Shown here piece after piece: positions 50,201 through 63,400 of a stretch of 64,000 nucleotides of DNA (the stretch's first letter is position 1; every line of letters begins with the position of its first letter). The stretch covers positions 377,788 to 441,787 of the forward strand of contig NC_092676.1 of the NCBI RefSeq assembly GCF_964355755.1, in the 5' to 3' direction. Below the pieces are notes generated by a model. It saw only the letters and a program-made list of their open reading frames with translations. It ran no database searches and was not told where the DNA came from. A program made the position numbers and the translations under genes. Origin of the DNA: Antedon mediterranea (taxonomy: Eukaryota > Animalia > Echinodermata).

Positions 50201-53200
50201 TAAGGTAAAGTTGACAATGTAGTTAGAATAATTTTATAATTTTATAATAATACTGTACCGGAAATTAATTGAATACTTTGATGAATTTAACTTGAAGTTT
50301 AGAACTTAGCTCATTCGTCCCTTTGTTGACGTCATAACTGGAAGCTCTGAAAACATACGCGTGAAACTTAAGGTGTTGGTTAGAAAAAATGTCCAGAATC
50401 CACGCTTAAATGAGTTGACATTACATTTATTCTATTATTTATTCTCAAAATGTTTGTGTTTTTATAGATGATAATTGTTCGTGACTTTTGGATATGTCAG
50501 CTGCTTAGTCTTGGTTTTGAACTTCTAGAATATTCTTTAGAGCATCAATTGGCAAACTTTGCAGAATGTTGGTGGGATCATGTAAGTTTATACATAGTTC
50601 CAGTTTATTTTCCATTTCAATTTATGAACATAAGATAAACAACTTATATGGATGGATAACCGTAAAAGCGAAGCTCGTTAGCCGGTCACCCGTTAGTGCA
50701 GTGACATTACAGACAACATAAAGACAAGACAAAGGTGCAATACATAACAAGACATGTGAACACTTGTTTCAGTCTAGGTTCAATCTTTAGAAAATTACTT
50801 CACCTTATTAGCTTTGTTGGTGTAAATTTATCAATTCCAGGAAAATATATTAAATAACAAATTAAACTTCTCAAATGGGACAATGTTTAGTCATGCGATT
50901 TATGAAGGGATATAGTAACAAATTGGGGTTACAGTAGTGCTATTATAGATGTATCATGTTATTCTATATGCAGTACATTACAGATGAACATCACCCATGA
51001 GCATGAATGTTAATAGAGTCTTGCGCTATTCTATTTCAGTGGCTTATGGACTTTTTAATTTGTAATTCACTTGGTATAATTATTGGTCAGATGACTTTGA
51101 AGTATCTTAACATTAAAGAATATCATTGGCATGGCTTATGGAATATTCAGTCGTACAGGTAGAGTGTGTAATTGCATATTAATACTGTCGTAGTAATAAC
51201 ATTTATTTCAAATTTTAACTTCATTAGTAATAATGATTATTCTTCACCCAGGATGAATAAATGTGATAAAATTATTTTTATGTCATTTTTACTTGGGAAC
51301 TTTTTTTCAATTTTTTTTTCAATTCAAATATTCTTTATTCATCCTCTATCATGAAAATATACAACAACAATATATGAGAACATAAAAAAGATGAAAAGGA
51401 AACACATAAAAACTCAAAAGAGCTTGATTAGTTGTGTCCCCCTATGTCCCTAACTAGCCTAAAAAACTAAAACATAAATAATAAAAAAGCTAAATCCTGC
51501 AACAAGTATAATTTTTAAAATTATTTGTAAAATGATAATAAATGTTCTTTAAACAATGATTTAAATATGTATATTGATTTGGTACTTTGTAGTTCGTAAT
51601 TCAAGTCATTCCACAATTTGGGTCCCACACATGACACAGTAAAACTAGTAGAAGTACGATTACGTTTTCTGAGTCTCATTTTGTCTTTAGATCTTGTATT
51701 ATAATTATGGTAAGAACCATTTTTAATAAAGAGCGATGAAAAACGCACGTCCTGATTAGTAGTAACATTATACATGAGAAGCCCAATTTGGTACTTATTG
51801 ATATCCGCAATTTTAAGAAGTTTAAATTTATAGAAACATTCTTCAGTACAAGACTGTTCCCAGTATACAACTCACAATACAATGAAAAAACTTGCATATA
51901 ACACAGAAAAAACACCACCCACCACACTTATTTTTGTTAACCTTTGTTTAAATCTATACATTTTGTGTGTGGATTAAATCATATTTCTTTTATTTTCAGA
52001 GGTAAGGTTATGCGTGTATTCCAGCAGTTTACTCCTTACAGCTGGACACGCTTTGATTGGAAACCAACCAAGAGTCTCAAACGTTGGCTTGCAGTTATTG
52101 GAATTATGTGTATGGTAGGTAAAGCCTTGTCTACACTATCAAACTTTATGTGACAAAAAAAAAATGTGATGTGCCCATATATGGACATGTCAAATATCAT
52201 TACCATATTTGGGCATATCACTACCACTTTGTTAAACTAGTTTGATAGTGTTGACAGAGATTTATGCATTATAATAATTTACAGATACAAATAACTATAG
52301 ATTAAAGTGTTTTTGTAATGTTTACATGTAATTTTTTTGTTTTTAGTTTGAAATTGCAGAATTGAATACGTTTTACTTGAAGTTTATCCTATGGATCCCA
52401 CCGCCACATTTTATAAATTGGGGGCGCATGTTAATTCTTGGGCCAGCTGCTGTTGTCGCCATAAGAGAAACTTACCAATATTTGGAAGATCCGTAAGTTG
52501 TCAACAATAAATTGATCTATTTATTTTTAATCTATTAAAATGCAGTGCTCGCTGAATCAAGGAACAATTGTTAGCCCACACAGGTGAATTTCTTAAATTA
52601 AATTAAACACGCAAAATGTCAGAACAACTTTGTTCCTGGTTCAACAGACCCTTAAATGTGTGTACATTTTTGCTTGCCATGGGGCCTAGGGTAACTGATT
52701 CTGTATATTTTTGCTTGCCATGGGGCCTAGGGCAACTGATTCTGTACATTTTTGCTTGCCATGGGGCCTAGGGCAACTGATTCTGTACATTTTTGCTTGC
52801 CATGGGGCCTAGGGCAACTGATTCTGTACATTTTTGCTTGCCATGGGGCCTAGGGCAACTGATTCTGTACATTTTTGCTTACCATGGGGCCTAGGGCAAC
52901 TGATTCTGTACATTTTTGCTTACCATGGGGCCTAGGGCAACTGATTCTGTACTTATTTGCTTGCCATGGGGCCTAGGGCAACTGATTCTGCAAGCACTAA
53001 AATAAGGAATATTAGTCATATACTAAAAACTTGTAGTTTCAATATTTTATTGGTTTTTTTTCAGCACCTGTAAAAAGTTTGGTCAGCAATCTTGGATAAT
53101 TTCAGCAATGGTTGTAACAGAAGTTTTGATTGTTATGAAGTTTGATTTACCTCTGGTCCTGCGACCTTTCCCGACCCACATCGCCCTCCTTTGGCTCATC

Positions 53201-53440
53201 GCATTTATCTGTCTCGTTGTCTGGACTATATTTCAATTCTACATTCGCCCACAATTTTTCACTCAAGTGCCGTCGCATTATGGATCTCCATCGAAATACG
53301 AGTCGTCATCGAAATACGAGTTGTCGTCAAATTATAAATCACGGTTTAATGCTAAATCTGAGGAGTACAGTCACAGCATTAGTAACGGAACACATCAGCC
53401 TTATTCCCTGAGAGCAAGACGGCCGATTAATGGGAAATAG
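47249..53440 (+). CDS. PTDSS2: Phosphatidylserine synthase 2, 10 coding exons
   Basis: Exons 47249-47400, 48850-48954, 49388-49538, 49783-49917, 50154-50204, 50468-50581, 51040-51158, 52000-52114, 52347-52492, 53065-53440. Motifs [60 protein letters not shown] and [18 protein letters not shown] are diagnostic; the DDGTNT.FWRAH N-terminus is PSS2-type. Confidence 0.93.
49011..49230. repeat. 55-bp minisatellite, 4 copies
   Basis: Unit TAATACATGAGGGAGAAAGATTCCAGCATAGTCTATTGTAGAACATCCCTTCTAT. Confidence 0.95.
51300..51850 (-). mobile_element. 5'-truncated CR1/L2-group non-LTR retrotransposon remnant
   Basis: ORF 51521-51775(-) [13 protein letters not shown]...[11 protein letters not shown]...[14 protein letters not shown] is the typical ORF2 C-terminal motif; followed on the minus strand by a 3' UTR, AATAAA and an A-rich tail. 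Confidence 0.8.
52121..52263. mobile_element. MITE family B copy, a few nt downstream of a PTDSS2 donor
   Basis: AAGCCTTGTCTACACTATCAAAC ... GTTTGATAGTGTTGACAGAGATT-TA. Confidence 0.8.
52661..52990. repeat. 41-bp minisatellite, 8 copies
   Basis: Unit TGTACATTTTTGCTTGCCATGGGGCCTAGGGCAACTGATTC. Confidence 0.95.
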
Positions 53441-55906
53441 TTGGCATCATAGTGGATTATCTTAGGATTAGTACAGTCACTAATCTACTTACTCATTCTG
53501 TGTTATTAGTTTCATTTTGTTGAAAGGGTTTTCAGATATCAAAATATAATAATCCTATATATGTATTTTTTTTAGGTTCTCACTCTTAACCACAGTAGTA
53601 AATTGAGAAGTAGTTCATTGATTGGAAACCAGTAATTTTAACTTACATTTCAAGATATTTAAAAATACTGTTTTGCAATCAATGAACTACATATCAATAT
53701 ACTAATTGAAACCAGAGGGAAATGTTTCATTACAGTAGTACATTTGTTTGTTACTTCCAAATTTGCTTCTCCACCATAATTTCTGATTTCTGTATTAATA
53801 TTTTTTCTATGAACAAAAGGCGATAACAAATATTTACTAAAAAGTTTCTTTTTACAATACTAAACAGGGACAAATTTCATTTTGTAATTTTGTTTAGCAA
53901 AATTGCTAATCAAACTGATTTTTGAGTCAAGAAACATAGTTTTGTATTTTATTTTTTGCTACACAATTTTAGAAATGTGTAGCAATATTGTTGTTTTGTA
54001 TAGCTTTTTGCTATGCCACACTGGCGAAATTATTCCCTGCTAAAGACATACTTGAACAGTATATATTATATATTATTTATTATTTAAACGTATTGTCCTC
54101 CTCAACCATATAGCATACAGGGGAGAGATTTACTGGTCAATAATTGGACTAGTGACTTTATGAAACACGACTGGAAGCCACAGGATGGTGCTCATGAATA
54201 AGAGGTTTGCTGGTCTATAATTGGCTGTCTTAATTTGATATTACCTGTTCACTGTAATCCATATAGGGTTATTTGTCATCATAAACTACGTTGGGTTAAC
54301 CCTATCATCATCATCATTTAGGAACCCTAAGTGACCTTGGTTTTTTCCTCTGAGTACTGCTCAGGGGGCACTAGGTTTAGCCAGTAAGCGTTCATAGCCG
54401 TTTTTTTTAGTGCTTTTTCTATTGCTTCTATATAAGTTGTCATGGCTATGTAGTAGTCACATTGGTTAAACAAGGTTTCCATTGCGTGTTTGCATGTTGT
54501 CATGGTTTTTGTACCATAGTTTTTTCAAAAAATATCATATTTTTATAAAAGTAACTGGATGTGTATTTTATATTCCACACAATTGCATTGTTTTCATCAT
54601 TTTTGTTGAATAATAACAGTTTAATCAATGCCATATCCAAAGGCTGGACTATCCCCTTTACAGTGATATGAATGCTTTTTTTCTTACCCTTTATGTGAAA
54701 TTTCTGGATTCACCACTAGGTTATCATGAAACAATTCATTTTTTTAATTTTGAAAACATGCCAAACGTTTTTCAATTAATTCTAATTAATTAAGTTGGTT
54801 TTGTTTTAAACTGTTTTATGAGTCATGTGTTGCATTAAGTTTTCTTTTTATCATAGATTGTTTATAGATTTAATTTTACTCGTTTGTTGTTGGTTTTTTC
54901 TTAATTGTAATTTATAAGACCATAACGGTATGGTCAGTATTTAAGAGAAAAGATATTATATGATACAGTAAGGTGTCTTATTATGCAAATGAATGGTTAT
55001 GAGTTGAATGGGGAGAATATTCTTATTAGGTTCATCTTTGTTTTGTGTGATCAATGGATTTTTATTACATCTTATGTGAGACCACCAATTCATTTAAATA
55101 CAAATTATGTTTTATTTACATGCAAATAATATATCTATTCCTTTATAAGCGCTGAATGACTTGCAATTATGTAGAAAATTTCGTTTTTAATGAGCATACC
55201 AGTCTACTAAGTATTTAATAATTGAATCAAAAGAACATAAGTTCAAAGAAAACAAAATTTTAAAAAAGTAATGGAAGATTCTTTTATATTAAAGATATAT
55301 TGACATCACATTGTCAAAATATAGATAATTGATGTTGTTGTGGATTTAAAATGAAAGCATTTTCAAATTTGTCTGTCAGATAATGAGGGGTTTATTTTGT
55401 CTTTTCATAAGTCAAATCATTTGGTTGTATGATTTTATTAGTCTTCATTTTTTTGGAGGACAATACATTTTTATCTGATGATCGGCAAAAAATAGTTTAA
55501 AATTGTGGGATGTAGAGTTATGTGACAAAGAAACCATGATTTTTTCATTGTTTCTAAGGGTAATTTAAGATAATTTTCACTAATAAACTGGAAAACAAGG
55601 TTCAATTTACTACATGCATTTGCTTTTAAAATGGTGTACTGTATGTGTTTCGTCTCGGATGGTATTGCAAATATAGTGTAATTGGGGCTCTGCAAATTAT
55701 TAAAGATGTATAAATTTGACATAAAATTATTTCATTATGAAATATAGTTTTTTTAATCACTTGTATCATAAACAATTTATACCGAAAACCATGGATTCTC
55801 CAAAAATTCCCAGTGAAAGTCAAATGTATTTTAAAAACACAGAAACGTGTCTGCTGCCACCACCATGTAAAGTTAACCTTTGAACTGTGTGTGTGTGAAA
55901 CGCTAA

Positions 55907-55973
55907 CCAATCAGGTACATTGTTTTGTTGAAAGCTAGCCAATCACATGTCGTAGAATAAGAACCAATTTAAA
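55907..55973 (+). promoter_or_regulatory. KIF18 promoter: tandem CCAAT boxes plus CHR-like TTTAAA
   Basis: CCAAT at 55907, 55939 (32-bp spacing) and 55964; TTTAAA 55968-55973; candidate non-coding exon donor TTGA|GTAAGT after 56074. Confidence 0.55.
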
Positions 55974-56480
55974 AACTACCGAAAAGCAACAAGGCGAGGC
56001 TAGCCCAGGCCGGCTTTTGTTGAAACAAAAACTTAAAATCACTACTTTACAATTAAATAAATAGCTACATTTGAGTAAGTATATAAATATATGATAATCT
56101 AGGTCAATACTGTAGTAGTAAACTTATTCATTTTAGGCATGAGAAGAAAGAGAGCTAGGCCTACGAGAGGCTAGAGCTAGGCCTAACCTGAAAAAGTTTC
56201 AGGGCCGGTTAATCAGAGTAGGCCTCAGTCAGAGAGAGGAGGGTCTAGGCCTAGCTAGGTGGTACATGGTGGTACATTTAACTAGGCCTAGTGGCCTAGC
56301 CTAAGAATATTAAGCCTAGATAGGATTGATAATAGGCCTAGACTAGAGAAAAGAAATAATAATTTAATAGAAATATTATTATGATAACATAATTAATATT
56401 ACAAGCAATTTGGGCCACTATTTGTAATTGTAGTAATAGATTTTTGATGGAATAAATAAAGTGAATAGGCCTATAATATA

Positions 56481-57260
56481 CGCCGTGGTTAGGATTCCGG
56501 CACCGGAACTCAACTGCTCACCGTTAGGGAATCTGACACGCTATTGCGCATGCCCAGAGCTATGGGAAGTGAATTATAGCTTGCACTAATACTTAGTGTG
56601 CCACACCACGGAGAGTCGGAGTGTTATAGGGATTTACTGTAGCCTAGATAGTCGTTGCGCGAGCGAGAAAGCGATGGGATGAAACTTGGCCTAGGCCTAT
56701 GCCATATATGAATTAATAATTCAAATACGACTACGCCACGCGTTAAAATAATTATAATGATACTGTATTAATAAGTATCAGTATCTATCTAAGATTTAAG
56801 AATCGTAATGCTGTTTTTAGCGTTGCGACCCTGACTGACTTCCCGAACAGTTTTTTCACATCCACGCGGTGGCTGCCGTCAACAAATCAACTTGTGATTG
56901 CATGTTGTTATGTACAGTATAATGCGTTATGAAAAATCATAAAACTAGTCATGTAATTATATAATTCATAATGATATGAAGTTTATATATGAATGAAGCA
57001 ACCACTTTTTTTAATTACAAAATAAATACTATAGGCCCACTGGTCACGTCTAACTGGTAGCCCTAGCCTAGATTAGTGGATCCCATATTAGAAGGCATCT
57101 AGGCTAGTTCGCCGTGTGGCGCAGCTATGAAATGATCCATCGCTGTTATTGTTGATAAGTATAGAGTCGCCGATTACCTTGCTCTGGGCATGCGCAATAG
57201 CGTGTCGGATTCCCTAACGCTGGGCAGTTGAGTTCCGGTGCCGGAATCCTAACCACGGTG
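56481..57260. mobile_element. 780-bp non-autonomous TIR element with 9-bp TSD (MULE-like)
   Basis: TATAATATA at 56472-56480 and 57261-57269; about 80-bp TIR C(A/G)CCGTGGTTAGGATTCCGGCACCGGAACTCAACTGC...GCGCATGCCCAGAGC. Confidence 0.85.
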
Positions 57261-57424
57261 TATAATATAAAGGCCCTATTATAAATATTTAAAATAGCAT
57301 CATTCCATGTTACATTTTTCAGCTGAAACTTTTTTGCGCTATAGCCTAATCCTGATCTAGGCCTAAATCAGATGTATAACTTTTTTTAATAGATTGGAGG
57401 AAGAATTTAAAGTATACCACCACT

Positions 57425-60400
57425 ATGACTTCTAAGCGAAGTAACATAGCGCTTTCTGGGTCAAATGAGAAATCAACCAATGTTAGAGTTGTGATACGTG
57501 TTCGACCTGAAAACAGTCAGGAGGCAGAGTCTGGCTCGCGCAACATCATTGAAGTTCTTGATGACCAAATTTTAATATTTGACCCAAAAGAGCAACTGTC
57601 ACCTCAATTCTACCACGGAAAAAAAATCCGCAGAAGGAACATACTCGTACGCAAGAACAAGGATTTACGATTTGGATTTGATTGTGTATTTGATAAAAAT
57701 GCTACGCAACAAAGTGTTTATGAAAGCACGACAAAACCTGTGATAGATGGATTGATGAATGGATATAATTGCTCTGGTAGGTGTGGTTTTTATTTTTGGT
57801 TCATTTTAAAGTTCTTAAATTCAATTTACAAGGCTTAATCATCAGGTTAAAGCATGGCAATGATACATCAGCATTTTTGCAATCATATTTAACGTACATA
57901 TGCATGTTTAAAAAAAATTATGAATGAAAAAAAAAAAGAATGAATTCAATTATTATAATTCGTCAAAGCGACTATTTAAATTCTAGTTTGATTTGTAATT
58001 GCAATGTTTAATGGGTTCCACGTAACAATTGTCAAGAATTTAAAATTGATTATGTCTATTGTTTTTACTCATTGTCAATGGCAAGTTGTTTGTCTTTATA
58101 GTATTTGCATATGGAGCTACAGGTGCTGGTAAGACCTTTACCATGTTGGGTAATGGTACCAATTGTCCAGGAGTCATCTTCTTGACCATGATGGAGCTGT
58201 ACAACCGAATTCAACAAGTCCAAGCAGAGAAAGTATGTGATATTGCTGTCTCTTATTTAGAGGTAAGTTTTCATTAACATGTTTGTAAAAACTAAATGTA
58301 CTACTAGTACTAGCAATGTTTTTATTTCTAGTGAATCACGTTAATAAGTAAACAACTAAAATCTTTTTCAGATTTATAATGAGACAATCAGAGATCTGTT
58401 GGTACCATCAGGAGCCCTGGCCGTACGTGAAGACCCACAGAAAGGTGTATGCGTAACTGGTCTATCGGTCCACAAGGTAACTTACTGTTCTTGTAGCCTA
58501 ATAAAGGCACATGGAGTCATTGACAAATACAAAGTATTGACTTCACTGCTGGTGTTTACTTGAGTTTATACCATGGTATAAACTTTTTGATTTATATAAC
58601 ATTTAGACTCAATGCTACTGTATTAAGTTCTTTCTATCATTATTTAAATAAGTCAAACATCACTTAGGAAAAATTAAAGTATTAGGCTTAACACAAAAGT
58701 AAAACATTACACTTAATTAAGTGTGATACAATAGTATTTATTGTAATTTGTGCTATGTTATTGTGTTACAGCCTGCTACAATAGTATTTATTGTAATTTG
58801 TGCTATGTTATTGTGTTACAGCCTGCTACAATAGTATTTATTGTAATTTGTGCTATGTTATTGTGTTACAGCCTGCTACAATAGTATTTATTGTAATTTG
58901 TGCTATGTTATTGTGTTACAGCCTGCTACAATAGTATTTATTGTAATTTGTGCTATGTTATTGTGTTACAGCCTGCTACAATAGTATTTATTGTAATTTG
59001 TGCTATGTTATTGTGTTACAGCCTGCTACAATAGTATTTATTGTAATTTGTGCTATGTTATTGTGTTACAGCCTGCTACAATAGTATTTATTGTAATTTG
59101 TGCTATGTTATTGTGTTACAGCCTGCTACAATAGTATTTATTGTAATTTGTGCTATGTTATTGTGTTACAGCCTGCTACAATAGTATTTATTGTAATTTG
59201 TGCTATGTTATTGTGTTACAGCCTGCTACAATAGTATTTATTGTAATTTGTGCTATGTTATTGTGTTACAGCCTGCTAGTGCACAGGATCTGTTTAGTAT
59301 GTTACAGTTTGGAAATAAGAATCGAACTCAGCACCCAACTGATGCTAACGCTCAGTCTTCAAGATCACATGCTGTCTTTCAGGTTGGTTATTCTATAATC
59401 TAAAGCTCTAAATATTAGAGAGCTTTAGATTTCTGAAGACCTAGAAACAAGTTAGTTCATGGTAATTCATTGTGTAAATACATTTTTCAACACAGTTTTG
59501 GTGATTTCTAGGCCTATGACACATCAATTCCTCAATCCGTCTCAATTTTCCATTTAAACCGTATTTTACAGGGCCTATGGTGTTTTTGAAATCTGCATTT
59601 TTAATAGTTTTTTAACAGTATTTTAACATAGGCCTATATATAGTATTTTAACATTGCCTTTTTCTTTTTCTTGAAACGCTTTTGGCACATTCTGTTTACT
59701 CACAGTGATTCTTATTAATCACAAAAGTCTGAGTCAAGAGTGGTCCTGAACTTGTATAAAGAATAAAACTCTGAAATAAACTACAATTTAATTTTGTATG
59801 GAATCAAAAATGTTTTATTTATTAACAAATTTTTTCCTTTTTTTTTGCAGGTGTTTGTAAGACAGAAAGACAGAACTGGCAATCTGAATGCAGACGTCAA
59901 ACTGGGTAAGATGTCGCTGATTGATCTGGCAGGTTCAGAGAGAGCCATCGTGACCAGGAACCGTGGGGCTAGGTTTCAAGAAGGAGCCAACATTAACAGA
60001 TCTTTACTTGCCTTAGGTAGCTGTATAAATGCTCTTGCCAGCAATAAGGTAAATGTACAATACATTATATTTTTATTTATTTTAAGTTTGGAAGGTAGGG
60101 TTGTTATTGAAAAAGATGAGTGTATGTTGGTAAGCAAGATAAAATCCTCTCTTACAAAATCTGAATTGTTTTCAGCATCAATTGCTTGTAAACCTGTTTG
60201 TTTATAATACAGACATTTCCCCCAAATCCAACATCCTAATAAAAGACAGCATTTTCATATTTAATTTCGGTTGTTTCTTGTGTTTAGAAGGATAAGTTTG
60301 TACCATACAGAAACAGCAAACTCACCAGATTGTTAAAAGATTCACTAGGAGGCAACTGTAATACTGTCATGATAGCTGCAGTGAGGTAACTGTATATAAC

Positions 60401-63400
60401 CACTTCTATACAATAATAACAACGGCTAAAAATCACCATTAAAAGTAACAGAACTTTCCTTAAATTTATTGAAATGCTTTATCCTATTACAGCCCTTCAA
60501 GTTTGACATATGACGACACGTACAATACACTGAGGTACGCAGATCGTGCTAAAAACATCAAGTCACAGGTAAGAAGGTTACATTTTAATTGTAGAAATGT
60601 GTGAGTAGTACCCATTCATGATACAAGGAGACTTTTTGTGAGATACAATGTACAGTCAGATTCCAGTATCAGGTTAACCTTTGGTAACACTTTAATAAGT
60701 AAAAATATGTCAATTGTTTTTAAAAACTTGCTAATATTGTTAAACATTCAACCTAATATTTCATTTGTTTTCAGGTTAAGAGTAATGTTGTGAACGTCAA
60801 TTTTCATGTTACTCAGTACACAAAGATTATTTCAGATTTACGTTTAGAGGTAAGTAAGGATTCCTCTGTTGCTCTTCATCAAAAAGGTGTTAGCCAGTGT
60901 AATGTTGTGTGTTTGGTATGTGTCGAAAGAACAAGACGCATTTGTTTATTTTGTAGTGTGTAGAAGATATATTGAAAGCATCAGATTTTAGGCGTTTTAA
61001 AAAGGGAAGCTGTGTTTAACGAGTATGAAGCAGTTAAACAATCATAATTAGCCTTTCATTTGTCTGTTGTAGATCAGTGAACTAAAAGACAAACTTAAGC
61101 AGAATACGTCACGAAGCAGCAATGACAATTCAAACAAAGAATCACAGTCACTTTACCAACAGCAAGATATTATTAAGTAAGTTACAGACATTTCTGTTTT
61201 ACAATTGTAAAGTTGCTTCACATTTCAAAATGGCTTACACTCACTTGAGGTGCATTTCCAGATACTCGTGTTTTCCTGACGTATTATTCTTGTTTCCAAG
61301 AGCCATACAAGTACAATCAATCAAATCAACAGTTACTTTGTATGCAATGAACAATTACTGAACCTAGTATAAAATTAGCATCAACTAATTATTTTTTATT
61401 TATTGTTTTCTAAGGTACAATTCCTTGTTGTACGATGTGTTCACACAAAGAGCAAGCATCAGAAAGGAGCTGCTGGAGCTTGAGTCATCAGACAGAGATT
61501 TATCATGGAAGATATCGTGTAAAACTCAAACTATAGAAAGACTGAGACTTGTGTATGGAAATCAGGTTCAAGGAGAGAAGGTAAACATACTATGTACAAA
61601 CAGATGTATTTGTTGATTGTTTTAATTCTTTTTTTAAACTTTTAAAATTCATTTAGCTGTTTTAAAGTCGATTTTATACTCAATTTCTTTGTTACTACGT
61701 ATATATTTTTGTCTTGCAGACAATGTCAAAGTTCCAGCGTACAGTAGCGGCATCAGAAGCAAGACATGCGCGAGTGAAAAATAGAAAGATAGATGTTAAA
61801 AATAGAATGGAGAAAAATGAGGAATGGTTACAGAATTCAGTTACTGAAATGTCTTCATTAGCACAAAATGGCAAACTACCAGAGGTGAAATAAGTCTAAT
61901 AATATATAGTATAATATATATAGTATAATTTATTGCTGCACAGATTGTAAACTACATATAAAGAAAAGTAACCATGTTTTCACCACCTCTGTTCCATACA
62001 TGTTTGACCGGGGTAATGAGGTGAATTATACCTATATAAGAATGACACATTTTAACTTTTCACAATGCCTATTCATCTTTATCAACCTAAAAAACTCAAC
62101 CTTAAAATAGGCATGATCTATGACATTTTGTTTACTCAAATTTTAGGTTTTACAAATGACATTACGAACCAGACACCTGGAAATTGAGGTCAAAGACCTC
62201 CGCCGCCAAGTGAAGCATTTGACAAAATTTTGCCGGCAACAAGGTGGCTGCATTCAGTCATCTGAAAGGTATAATTATATATTCAATGTTTATTGCACTC
62301 ATTCCTTAGTTAGTCGACCACAAAATGTCTATTAAACTATGAAAAATACTTTAAAAACACCAACTGTGTTATACCTTATAGCTAATTGTTTATTAGAATG
62401 TATATTGATTGGAAATGTAGCCTTAAAGTTAAGCATTTCTTTTTCTGTTTTAAAGGTTAATCGCAACCCTTCTAAACACAATCCGTAAACAATTCTACCT
62501 GATAAAAGGCTCTAACATCGCTACATCAGAAACACTTGCCGAGTTTGAGAATATTCAAAAGCAGGTAGAGGGCGAGAGAGAAGTGTTATGGGCGGACATG
62601 GCAGATGATCCATGCAGTGATGTAAACAGTTTACTGGAATTACCGGTGTTAAGTGGTGTCAGGACAACGCCAGAAGGTATGCTTTCTTACCATATATTAA
62701 CTTTAAAGCTCAGGTACAGGCATGAATTTTAAATATAATATTTGGTTAATTGTACATAAATCAAATATTTGTAACAGAAATCGAAACGAAAAAACATGAA
62801 TTTCCCTTAATATGGTCAAATACAAAATTTGGCAAAATTCTTCCATAAAAACCAGGAAGACTTTTTTTCAGTAGTTAGGTAGTTAACCTAATGTAATAAC
62901 ATGTCTGGTGACTCCCTAGACAGTGAAAAAAGATGGTGGATATATGGTGGATAATTTTTGCTATAGCATGAAAATAAAAATCTGAAGTTGAATAAAAATA
63001 TCAGAAATGTAATATTCAAGTTATATTACCTATATTTAGTCATCTGATGACATTTTTTACCACACCGTTTATTTTTCATAGCTTTTTAAAATGCCTCTCT
63101 ATTTACAAAATTTGTGTACAAAAGAATAGAGATTTTACTGTGTAATTTGAACTATCCCCCCACTGATAAGAAAGTGCTTATTTTCAACAAGCTCATGTAA
63201 CACAAATAAAATCCCAAAAATTATGAAACATAGGGGAAACTATAGATCGATAATTATTGGAATGTATGATCAATATAAATTGTTTGCCCGGCGCACCTGG
63301 CCTTTAAACTAACAGCAATACAACGTTACTACAGTATAAAGCTCTATCTACATTATCAAACTAGTTTGACAAAAAAAGTGTGATGTGTTGATATGCTTAA

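Noticed and set aside
51999-52007. Donor-like AG|GTAAGG two nt into a PTDSS2 exon (recursive splice site)
   Set aside because: The sequence encodes conserved R-G-K codons and is not directly adjacent to the acceptor; no further support.
52661-52990. RFX-like half-sites (TTGCCATGG, GGGCAAC) in the 41-bp repeat
   Set aside because: Half-sites are not spaced as an X-box; far from any promoter; likely chance.
13256-59278. Regular repeat arrays as CRISPR arrays
   Set aside because: Head-to-tail identical units without unique spacers, eukaryotic intronic context, no cas genes.
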